DNA from: Saccostrea echinata
Lineage: Eukaryota
Direction: 5' to 3'
Length of the DNA stretch: 64,000 bases
Assembly: GCF_033153115.1 (NCBI RefSeq)
Contig: NW_026889772.1
Coordinates: 9,238,001-9,302,000 of the forward strand
Each line of letters opens with the position of its first letter. The first letter of the stretch is position 1. The notes under the pieces are model-generated. The model did no database searches. It was not told where the DNA came from and worked only from the letters and a program-made list of their open reading frames with translations. Shown piece after piece: positions 21,166 to 33,119 of this stretch. A program made the position numbers and the translations under genes.

Positions 21166-22284
21166 TCAATATTCTTTAGGCTTCGTTGTCCCGTACAAAA
21201 ATCTATTTCCTTGACTTTCCGATCTGTGCTTAATTCTTGCACACTTGAGTTTATGTTTATACCTTTTCTCAAGCTCATACAAATTACTTTCAATAAAACA
21301 GCTTCCAAATTTTTTATACATTCTATTTGCTCTTCTATAGGTTTGCCTTGCAATCTTACATTCAGTTGTTAGCCATGATTTCTTGAATATACATTTTTTT
21401 TTCCTTTATTTGTATTCATAGAAATTCATTGTGTACCTTCTCTAGCACTTTCTACTGTTTTAAAATTTTATATTTCACATTCTAAATGTACAATTACATT
21501 TAATTTTAGATCTAGACAATTTTTATATGATATAAATTTCATTGTTCCACTTCCATACAATTTCAAAGTCTTGTTCTTTATACGTTGAACCATTGCTTAA
21601 ACAACAAATATTTCCAAATGATAGGCACAACAAAAATAGAACTATGAATATCAGATAAAAAAATAATAAAATGTAAAACTTGCATATCTTGTATAAATTT
21701 CAAGAAATTTATGTCATTGGCTATACAATAATCTATAATACTAGTCTGCTTTCAAGTTATTTCTCCATTAATATCCCCTTTTCTTAAACCATTCAAAATA
21801 TTTATATACATCTATAAGTTTTTTCCGGCATTGATTTATTGTTTTATTTCTTGATTCACTTTCTGTTGAAAAACCATACTTTTTTAGGTTATATACCTCT
21901 TGACTTTCATTAAGTATTATGTCTCTTTCTAATAAAATTAAATCAGTTTTAGTAAATCAAAATAAACTTTCTCGTTGGACATTCTACCATTAAAATCACC
22001 TAATATGCAAACACGGTTATATTCAGTTGACCTCGTCGTCACTTCTTTTTTTTAATTTCCTTAAAAACTAATGATGAAAAAAGTAAATTACCAATTACAA
22101 CATGACTATCTATTTCTCATGAACTTCCCTTAATTTTTAACCATAAGATTTGGTCACATTCATTTTCAATTCATTTTTAATGATAGATACATAAGAAGCA
22201 TATTTATTTTGAACATAAATAACTACTCCACCTGACTTTCGAATTGATAATAAAAATTTGTGTTTATTTACACACCGAAATTAC

Positions 22285-22885
22285 TACGGATTTTTTGACA
22301 AGGAGCACACGGCGGATGTGACCAGTCGACAGCGGATGCTTACTTTTCCACGGCACCTGATCTCAACTCTGATGTTTTTGGAGGTCCCCTTAATTTTTTG
22401 ACTTATGTTTTCAACACTGGAATCTCTCTGACTTCTTGATTACATTTACATGTACCTCTATTATTTTCATTTATATATGTAAAGGTACAACTTGTTCAAT
22501 TTACAAATAACCTATTAATTGAACATTTATAAGCGTTTAACGCACTTCATATAGTGCTTACAGGTTCTAAACGACAAATATAGTTAAACACATAGATTGA
22601 TATTACACCGAACTGAAATTTCACTTTATCACAGTAAAATACTCTCGTGCTTGAAATTACTGAGAAGTCAGAAAGTGTACTCAACAAAGAGTGATCTGTT
22701 TATATTTTATAAATCATGACAAGGAGCACACGGCGGGTGTAACCGGTCGGCAGGGGATGCTCACTCCTCCATGGCACCTGATCCCACCTCTGATTTTTAG
22801 AGGTCCGTGTTTGCTCTGCTCCTATTTTGTATTGTTTAATGGACTTTTGAGCTTGAATACTGTTCGTTATCTCCATATATTTCAT
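22285..22885 (+). mobile_element. Two short Penelope-like 3' ends (22285-22390 and 22713-22885)
   Basis: Both carry the GACAAGGAGCACACGGCGG.TGT.ACC.GTCG...GGCACCTGATC...GAGGTCC motif. Confidence 0.8.
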
Positions 22886-25800
22886 CCTGGAATGATTATC
22901 GTATAATCTACCCTTTAAAAGATTTATCTCAAGGATAAAAAGAAACTACCACGATAAAGGTAAAAATAAAAAACAGAGTAAAAAAGTTATTAACTTCGAA
23001 CACACATATAACTTAAAAAAACCTTAACATTTTTTAATAAATCTTTTTTTAAAAAAATATGTGCATTTTTGAGTAATTCTAGATTATTTTGAATAAGAAA
23101 GCCTTTACATTTTTTTTAAATTTAGGTATTTTCTTCATCCCTCTCCTTTCCCCTATAAACAATTCTAGATCCGCCCCATATAAGTAAAGTAAGAGCTATA
23201 CTTTGATATTGAAATATAATTGAAAAGAGTATTTTTCCTGCTTAGAGATTTAGTTTAACTTCCTTGATTTGATTGATTTGAACATAGTTCTAACAACCTA
23301 CGAGTGCCTTCTATGGTCAACATTTTATTCCAACCAATGCTTACAGCCATACCCCCCGTTTTCGAAACAATTTTTTAATTTTCTCTACTAAAATTTACTT
23401 TCTCCCTGAAATAGAAAACAAACTAAAAAAAAAACAATGCAAAACAAAACGGCACTTCAAAGAAAAGAGAAAAAAGAAGCTTATTCCATAACGTTAATTT
23501 TTATCTTATGTAAAAGTATAAGTTATCCAATTAATGAATAAATCATCAACAAAATCATAAAATCATAAAAATTAATTTGTCTTTTAAAAACTTAATTATT
23601 TCGAATCATCCAATATTGCCTGGTGAGATTCTAGATCTATGTCATATGTTCAAAGAATTTTGGAATTTAACCATGGGTCCATAATAATCCCTTCGGTATT
23701 GTTAATAAACTTATATGGCATGGATTAATAAAATCCTGTTTATGTCGCAAACAAACCAACTTTGTACTCCATGTTACTTTATACCTGCAGGCAAATGAAA
23801 ACGATGTATTTGGTACAAAGAATCATGCTGTGAATATTTTATAAAGTTTATCAAAACTAACTTGTGTAATAGAGTGTACTTTTGTTAACTTCACATTGAT
23901 ATTCAGAAATGAAACACGCACTGTTTTCTTTGTTCCATGCTTACAGTCACGGACAACTTTTGAAACTCAGTTATTAAATCAATTACATGAGCAAGTGACG
24001 AGCATTGCATGTGAACCTCAATTTCAACGGCAAACATTTTAATCAGTAGGAAACAGAAAATATCGTAACAAATTCATATTTATTTTGGATGTAAAAATGC
24101 TAAGGGATATCGTCAGTGATAAAAGTTTACATAGATGTATGCATCAGGAAAAAGTGATAGAAAATTGCTTTAACACAATTTCAATTTTTTAATGAAATAC
24201 AAAGTGCAAAATTAAGATATCTATATTAAAATATTGTTATTATATATGTACATGTATTTAAAAAGGGGACTTTAAAAAGTCTCATTAATCTCAAATTTTA
24301 CATACATGTAGTGTGATTATCGGAGTCACCATAACTTTGGAAAAGAAGAAAAGATACATTAATGTGTAGTTATTTTGTTTTCTTTTTTTCTTATTTTTTT
24401 TTTATTTACACATTATATCACTTCATTTTTTTAATTAAATAATATATGTTAAGAACATGATTTAAAGGGAGAATTAGAACAAATTACCATAAAAAAAAAA
24501 TCTTCGTTGTAATGTAAAACTACAAGTTCTAAGTTGATCTTTAATACCCTTGAAACATTAAAAAAAAGATGCGTGTTTTTCTTTCTTTATAAAAATTTAT
24601 GATTTACACAAGATCAGTTTTAGAGTTACATGGTCAAACACGTTGCAGGTTTTAAACATAGAAAGTTATTTAACAGATAAATATATTTTCTCTCCCCAAC
24701 CAAAATTAGGATTAATCAAGCCTTATCAAAAATACAATATAAGTAACAATTGAAAGTTTAAACATACATGTATATCATTTATTTTCTCTGTGTGGGCTGC
24801 AATTACGCGTTTGAATTCCTGTACAGGAATCACTGTTGATCGGGTCATTTATACGTTGCAATACAATACCAGCTGATTGTCAATTGAGATTACGTCAATC
24901 TAGGATAAAAATTCGCCAAAGTTTACAAATATTGGAATAACTTTTCAATCTATATCCATTTAAGTGTGGTATACTTGCCACAACACAAAACAATTATCAA
25001 CACAGAAACAACAATATTCTTAATGCTAATCATCGGGTTTTCTTTTGATGGACAATAAGCCTACGTAGTTAAAAGTACTTTGTAAGTATCAATCATAGTT
25101 TTTCGCTCTATCGTAAAATGTAAATTTCTCTCCATAGACTTGTCATGTTATTGCCCCAAAAATTCTTCTATTTTCTTTTTTTTTTTCTTAATTTTATTTT
25201 TCCAGTGAGCATAAATTATCTGTTCATCCTGATTTCGAATGCCCCCGAGTACTTAAAAATTTTAAACGTTTTAGAGTTTAAACATTTTCATAATTTGCTT
25301 TATCATTGTTTTATCATTGCTTTAAATTGTTTACGTCATCTCTGTCATAATAAGACAAGTAAAATGCATATCAATAATATTTGACATTTAAACAATTAGC
25401 TTTTAGAGAACCAATTTTTTGTCTACTAATATGCAAACAGTTTATTATTTTCTGTTCAAATCAGGGACTGGGTACAATAATTGAATGTGTTTGGGTGATT
25501 GATTAATATTTGCCCATATACTCGTAATTAACCCTTAGTCATGAAAAACAAAAAAAAACTTTTACTACTTCCGAAAAAATAAAGTGAGATAAGATAAATT
25601 TGTATATTTTTATATAGTTTAAATAACAAATCATTCTCGATTTTCTTTTGTTTGTTTGTTTTGTTTTATTTGTTTTATCATTATTTATTTATGAATGTTT
25701 AGTTTGCTTGTTTTTTTTCTTTTTCTTTTTTTTTTACCTTTTAGGTTATTAAAATTTTAGAATTTTGTTAATTTCAGTTGTTAACCTGTTTTCTCAAATT

Positions 25801-27934
25801 CATGATGTTGATAGATAAAAAATTCAAAATTTTTATTATGGAATACAGTCACCAAGAAAAGGAATCATTTTGAGATGCAATAAACTAGCACAAAGGAAAT
25901 GTATAATGCATGTATTGAAATCCATCCTGGCACAGGAAGGCTTTGATTTCATGCGATTTCGTTGAACTGATAGAGAACTTCTGAGGATTGTTCGTAATGC
26001 AAGTCAAGTGGACACTCTTGAGAAAGAGGAAAAGTCGGCACAGCGAGAAGAATGTTTAAACAACGATGTTTTACATACCAACAATCGCCCGACATAGGTC
26101 CCAGATATTTGACTAAATGCGACACGGGAGGCCTATTTATTTCAAAATTAAGTGGAGTTGAAGGTTTCGTGTGTGACTCTTGAGATGCCATAATTGAAAC
26201 TGTCTGTAAGTCATTTATCAGCGAGTGAAATCGGACTACATCTCGAGGCTCCTTCTTTGTCTCTTTTCTCAGCTTACAGTGCGAAGAATATTTGATGAGT
26301 AGCGGTAGCCATAACACTCAAACAGATTTTAATGGAGTTAATAAACTTTCATGTTCGTCATCATTAACGTTGAAAGGTGCCAAATGTACAACTGAGACAC
26401 TTACAATCTTTGTTGCGCTAGGGGTCCATTGTGACCAATATATCAGCTTTACCGGGCATAATCTGTTTTTTGCAGTGTAATCGTGTCAACTGTATGCCCA
26501 AAACTGTGAGAAAACGTGCCGATATGATATCTGATTCAAGAAGAAAAATGTTAAATTAGTTTAGTTCGTTATGAAGTTTAAAGAGTAAAGGTCACAACTC
26601 TCATTATCTTTCCATGCCAAAATTTTGAGTTTATTGTTCAATAAAAAAGTTTATATAAATATTTTTCAGTTTATCTGACCATACCTTAAAAATATGAAAC
26701 ATTCCTTAACGATCCTTATCACAGTCCATCATTAGAAAATCTCTGAACAAAACTTTTACAACAAGTGAATAATATTATGTCAAATGAATGCTTATCATGT
26801 TTACTTCACAGTTACGTATTGTTATTCATACATATTGTTTAGTTCCACTTTCTTACATTTTTGAGACAATGTAATCAAAAGTAAATATATAAAAATAAGT
26901 ATTTCTTCAATTAAAGATATTTTCCTCTTCATCAGGATCACTGGATGTAGCGTATTTTGTTTATCTTTTTTCTTTTCATAATGCAATGGCAACATTATAC
27001 AACAATACAAAAGGTTACTTCATCTTTTTTCTTTGTTTATTTTTCTACATCTCGCTGATAAAATTCACAGGGTATAAATCATAGTCCTATTCCTTTTAAT
27101 AAGGAATTCATTTCATTCAACCTGAAATGTGGGATTTGCTCCTATCAATGAAAGAAAGAGAAGTTGACACTATTTAGAAAATTCAGCACTTTGTTTGAAA
27201 TCAGTATGTGTTTTTAAGTAAACACACTGTTTGTATGTATGTTTTATGTTATCATCTTTAAAAGGTTATCGTTTAATGTGTGGGATACAGTAATGGGGAA
27301 ACAAATTCTGAAAATGAAATGAGATTTATGCTTTTAAATGAGAATATTATTCAAACAAGATCTTTTCTTAAATACTTATTAAATCTTAAATTATATATTA
27401 TATGCAACCAAAGTAACCTAATGATTTAGAAAGAAATTAGGAAAACGTGCTGTTTATACCCTATGATATATAAAACACATAACCGCTCTCCTAAAGCTTG
27501 GAATTACGTGGTCTAGATATCAGTTATTTGCGAGCCCCTTTGAATCTATTTGCATTCATTATGAAGAAGTATTGAAAATTCTTTATAAACTGATAGATTC
27601 TCCAACTTTAGATACATATATGTTAAGTGGATTTTGTCTAGGTTTATGTCAATATTTCCTAAATATGTCTCGTCGCCTTAACTGCTATAGTTTTGGTATA
27701 TTTCAGAAATCTCTAGCATTCGTTTGATAACTTCAAGTATTTCTTTCTGTATGGAGAGAAAGATGAGCTTCTTTTTTTTTGAAAATAAAAAATCTTAAAA
27801 AAAAAAAATGAAAATTATAACAAATATGTAGATTTTGTAGATATATTTTTGTTTCAACAATACTTTGACGTTTATAAAGTTATTAAGTTTACTTTTAATA
27901 CGACATTGTTATAGCAGATTTTCAAATGAGTGTA

Positions 27935-30142
27935 ATGTAAAAGATGAAGATAACAAACAGTTATCAATTTCATAAATCCAGTCAACAAAACGAATTGTGT
28001 ACAGAGTAAAACATGGACCCCCGGAAACACCAGAGGTGGGAGCGGATGGAGTCTAGCATCTCCTGATGACGGGTCACACACACGCCATGAGTCTTATGTA
28101 TTGATCAGGTAAACGTAATACTCCTTAGTCAAATTTAGTATTAAAGCAATGACCTAACAAACGGTATGAAACATGTCAGACAAAATACGAACCAACGCTA
28201 AGTAGCAAAAAACAAAAAAAACAAAAAAAAACAAAACAAAAAAACAAAAAACAAAAAACGCTAAGGTTTATGTTTAGAGCCCTTCTTATTAACTCAGTTT
28301 ACAGATTCCATTGCTAATACCTACACCTTTATCATACGAGGAGGAAGTATTGCTACTATCAATTAAAATAAATTAATCATAAGTTTTATAAAAGATGTCC
28401 TTGTTAGGGTAGATATCTACTCGAGCGACGCCATCATTTGTAGTGCTTTTTTACAATGGGTTGAAAATAATGGAAAAGGTGAAGATATCAAACAATGATC
28501 GATCGAATAAAAATCTATATAAGGAATACAAATCTGTGAACAGGGCATAAAACACAGACCCCTGGAAATTCCAGAAGTGGGATCAGGTGCCTGGGAGGAG
28601 TAAATATCCCCTGTTGACCGGTCTCACCCACTTTGAGCCCTATGTATTGATCAGGTAGATATTCAAATTCAGTAAAAAAAAAAAAAAACAAAGGCCTAAC
28701 AATACATATGAAAGACGTCAGTCAAACTACGAACCAATGATAGTTTATATTCGCTAACAAGGTCATTATAACGACCATAGAATTTAAGAAATGCTGACTT
28801 TAAACGAGGTTTTGGAAATCCCTGTAACATCAACTTATCAATCAGTAGCCTGCCTAAGTTTAAAAATTGGTCGTATTCAGAACATGCTTTTAAGTATCAA
28901 ATAATTTGTGAGATGTAAACACCATATGCAGGTCATAGCGGGATATTACTATATAGATAAGGAAAGTTGATGATGAAAAAGCTGAAGTCACCTCGTTTGT
29001 CATACAATTTAGTTGTTAGTTGGCCCTTAATGTCTATAGTCAGTAAAACATCCAAATATGAAACATTTGTGTTGTCTTTTGTTTCAAGTTTCCTGGGATA
29101 TTCGAGTTGAAACATGAATGGAAATAACTATTGTTAATTCATATTACGTCGACGATAGTATCTAAATGAATGCCACAGCAAGTGTTTTCTTCTTCTCATG
29201 TCGAAGTTTTTGAATAAATTCTGCTTCATAGGAATATAAAAACAGGTCGGCTAGTAAAGGAGCACAATTGGCGCCCATCGAAATTCTAGAAATATGTTGG
29301 AAGACCTGGTCTCCGAAGACTACATAAATGTTGTCTATGAATAACTCCAGCATCCTTTTAAAATCGCCTTCAGCTACTTGTGTGTAAAATTAGAGTGATT
29401 GTTGTAGATGACCAGTCACAATTAAGATACGAAAATTTCCAACTTGACCTTTGTTGAGGAAAAAAAGAATTATTGTAGATCTTGTTTTCATGATATGAAA
29501 TATGTGGAGATAACGAACAGTATTCGAGCTCAAAAGTCAATTAAAATTTACAAAATAGGAGCAGAGCAAAGACGGAGCTCTAAGACATCAGAGGTGGGAT
29601 CAGGTTCCATGGAGGAGTGAGCATCCCCTGCCTACCGGTCACACCCGCCGTGTGCTCATTGTCATGATCGGGAAATAACGGAAAAATCCGTTAGTGCGTA
29701 AATAATAACATAACAATTAGTATGTAAAAAGTCAGTCAGCATTTGACTTAATGAAAGATTGTATTTGCTGACAAGGTCATTGTATCGACCATAGAACTTT
29801 CGAAATGATGACTTTAAACGAGACTGCTGATATTCTTGTTTCATCAACTTGTTTGTCATTTTGTTTGATGTTACATTAGAAGCACCGCAGTTTGTATTTC
29901 ACTGTTTTTGAAATCAACTACATATAAATTACGAAATGTTTTATTTATATACATTTTAATAATAATAATATTTATTCGTTATGCATGAAATATGGAAATA
30001 GCGAACAGTATTCAAGTTCAATAGTCCATTCAAACAATACAAATCAGGAGAAGAGTAAACACGGACATCTAATACATTAGAGGTGGGATCGAGTGACATG
30101 GAGGAGTGAGTATCCCCTGCCGACCGATCACACCCGCCGTGT
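27935..30142 (-). mobile_element. Cluster of four same-orientation 5'-truncated Penelope-like copies (27935-28197, 28470-29460, 29490-29858, 29985-30142); Naiad-like because RT is C-terminal
   Basis: ORF remnants FIDNIYVVFGDQVFQ..SMGANCAPLLADLFLYSYEAEFIQKL, SYLDVLL..LYDKRGDFSF..NFPYL.SNIP and RLKSSFRKFYGRYNDLV. Each copy ends in the shared 3' motif; no GIY-YIG domain downstream of RT. Confidence 0.85.
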
Positions 30143-30194
30143 ACATATATGTGATAATAAGGATAGCCCTATGAAAGCTCGAAAGCCTATTTCC

Positions 30195-30340
30195 AATGGA
30201 GTCTTTTATTGCGTGAATGTTGGGAGGAAGCCGGAGAAAACCCATGTGTCCGAGCTGGCGACCACCCTACCTTCTTACATACAACGACTGTGGTTATCAG
30301 CGATGAGACAGGATTACGCTAACCACAGCGCAACACGGGC
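30195..30340 (-). mobile_element. Degenerate V-domain-like tRNA SINE fragment
   Basis: GGGAGGAAGCCGGAGAAAACCCA resembles the V-SINE core; remnant of a tRNA-like head (gctaaccacagcgc). Confidence 0.45.
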
Positions 30341-30656
30341 ATTCTTAAAAAAAGCTATGAAACTGTAGCATATACATGTAATGTTCATACAGTAATGCAA
30401 TATAAGTGCATTTTATGATACAGTTTTCCTCTTCAAGATAACGATTTCTTTTGTTTTTCAAAGAAATCTAATAAAGTAACTCAGGCATTTTCGGGCAAAA
30501 TATGTTTCAATGACAAATTTTTCAAGCTGAGGATGAATGATCGATATGGGGATATACATGTTCTAGAAGTTGTAAAAGAAAAGCTAATTTTTATAGATCT
30601 TTAAATAATTATGATATTCTTAAGAATAAAATAAGGTATTTTGAACCACTTAATTA

Positions 30657-30870
30657 TGATTGATTAATTGATTGTATGTGTTTTACGTCCCATTAGAGAA
30701 TTTTTCACTCATATAGAGAGGTCACCATATACCGGTGAAGGGCTTCAAATTCAGACCTTTACTCAGCATTTAGGGCCACTGAGCAGTGACACGCCTGCTG
30801 TGACACGGGTCCTCGATTTGTAAGTTCTCATCCAAAACGCCCGCAACTTTCACTTCAAAGTGTCGAGGAA
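30657..30870 (-). mobile_element. tRNA-derived SINE, 5'-truncated
   Basis: (GATT)n tail and GAGAATTTTTCACTCATAT...CCGGTGAAGGGCTTCAAATT body shared with 41729-42050. Confidence 0.75.
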
Positions 30871-32113
30871 TGTCTTATTTGTTTATTAATTTCAAATTAT
30901 TTTTAAATAATTTTAAATTATTTTTGTAAAATTTCAAATTCTCCATTTAGTATGCTTTCCTCTCTGATTTTCAGTTTTATCAATTGATAAATGTAAGTGA
31001 CCCTAACTTATGAATATCTTAAATAATATCTGATAAATACATATATCTGAAAGGTGTATTTTTATATTTGAACCGTCGACTATTGATTTTGGTTGAAATT
31101 GTATGCAAAAGAAGAATATATATGTCTTTCGGAGATTCTGGTCAGAGACGTAACCAATCAAGAGATGAATTTTTTGGGCTTAATTAATGATCTTCGAAGA
31201 TGTTACTCTTATGATTCCAAAGAAGAAAACACTACCTTTACCTAGAAAATATGAAGTAGGCAGCTACCTTAACATATCAAAAGACATGGTTAACATCATT
31301 AAATACAAGTATCTCACCAGAATAATTTAAGGTAGTTGTTTCCTTGTTGATTAGGAAATATATATGATATTTTAAGATAAACTTTTTTTTAAAGGGAAAA
31401 AATAGTTTCGATATCTTCAGAATTACCTCCACTAGATTTTCCCTACTAGATCATGACTTTCCTTGTGTCAAATCGATCTTAACAAGACAAATTGAACAGA
31501 TAAATACCTAATTTAATTTTGATCACACCAGTTCTTTGGAAATAAATTTGAATAACAAACATCACAAGTTTGGTCCTTTTGTTTTAACAACATTCCTCTA
31601 TTTGTTTGACAAGAGAATTTACTTTTCACAAATATTTCTCGTTATTTGTCAAAATATTTTTATCTTTAACCTGAAACTGGTGTACGTGTCTCTGCTGAGA
31701 AAATGATAGATGATGATAATTTGATAACGACCACTTTTGTGTTTGTTTTAATAATATATTTCCATTCAAGACTAGAGAAATCCATTACCTATCATCACGT
31801 GATGTAGATATGGGCGGGCCATTAGAAAGTGATCCACTAGTTTTTGCAGTTTTCGGAAGAATCAACAATTCTGCAATACATTTGAAACCAAGAAGAGATA
31901 ACACGAAAGAGCCTAAGATGTCAAAAAGGCTAATTTTGACTGACGGATTGTAAATGATTACATAATATTTTTTTTACAGCAGCATAAGAAATACCTGTGA
32001 ATTTTATCATAAAAGGAAAATTTCTTTCGAAGTTTTACATTTTTTCTCCTATTCTGGATTAAAGAAGTTGGTTTTTCGACTTTCGTACAATTAGGTATAT
32101 ATCAGTTACCAAA

Positions 32114-33041
32114 ATGAGATTCCATACAGTATTGTCTTGGATAATGGTGTCCCTGCTTATGGGTGTGAAGGCTTTTTATCCAAACGTTCTTGTGCCATTT
32201 TTGTCAAATGAGGACTATACACACGAAACCATTACAGAGCAAGGGGTGTTACAGGTTTTTCAAGAATTATGGAATCAATCCTTCAGCGGCTTTTCTAGAC
32301 AAAATAGTCGAGGTAAAATATGGCTTTCAAATTAGAAAAACAGATTTTCGACTTCTTAAAATATTTCTTGTCTGACATCCTGAACTTCATTGTTTTGAAA
32401 TTTGTTTCGATTGTTTGCCACGGTGTTTGAGGTAACGATAAAAAAAAATCCAATGCAAAATTCAGATTATAAACAAGGAATATAGAGATCAGCAAAATAT
32501 GCCTCGGAATTTTCGTCTTTTTCTGTTAATCTGAAATTGCCCAGATAGAGCTATTTGTCTCTTTATTTATACATGCACAGTTAGAAGTTAATATATTAAG
32601 ATCTGGGCAATTACATGATTATTTGAAAAGTATCAAGAACATTAGGATTACCGGACCTCTGGAAATGGGTTAGGGTTGATCAAAAGTGATTTGTTTTGTT
32701 TTGTTTTGCTCATTGGAAATATGGAATATGATTATTAACTATTTTGGATCGAAGATTAGATGGAATGAATATTAATGTTAAGTGTATTTAAGTATATAGG
32801 ATTGTATTTAATATTTCAAGCAAACAATGATACAGAAACATCCTTAAATGGTTGAGACTTTCTCTGTTTTGTTATATTCTTCTGTATAAAATCCAAACAT
32901 GGACGTTATCGGTTTTCGAATTGATGTGGCAATTAACGCTGAATGGACATAGAGTCACCGAGGCTAAAAGACTTCACAGTAATGTATGACGTAATTATGT
33001 AAGCAAAAACGATCATAAAAGCTATAGCGTCAGTATATGAT

Positions 33042-33119
<78 letters not shown>

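Noticed and set aside
21150-22000. Possible highly decayed non-LTR RT remnant on the minus strand (LNVRLQGKPIEE)
   Set aside because: Similarity is too fragmentary to support by eye.
25750-26560. Nuclear mitochondrial insertion as the explanation for the TGA-only frame
   Set aside because: Translation with TGA as Trp does not resemble any mitochondrial protein I recognise.
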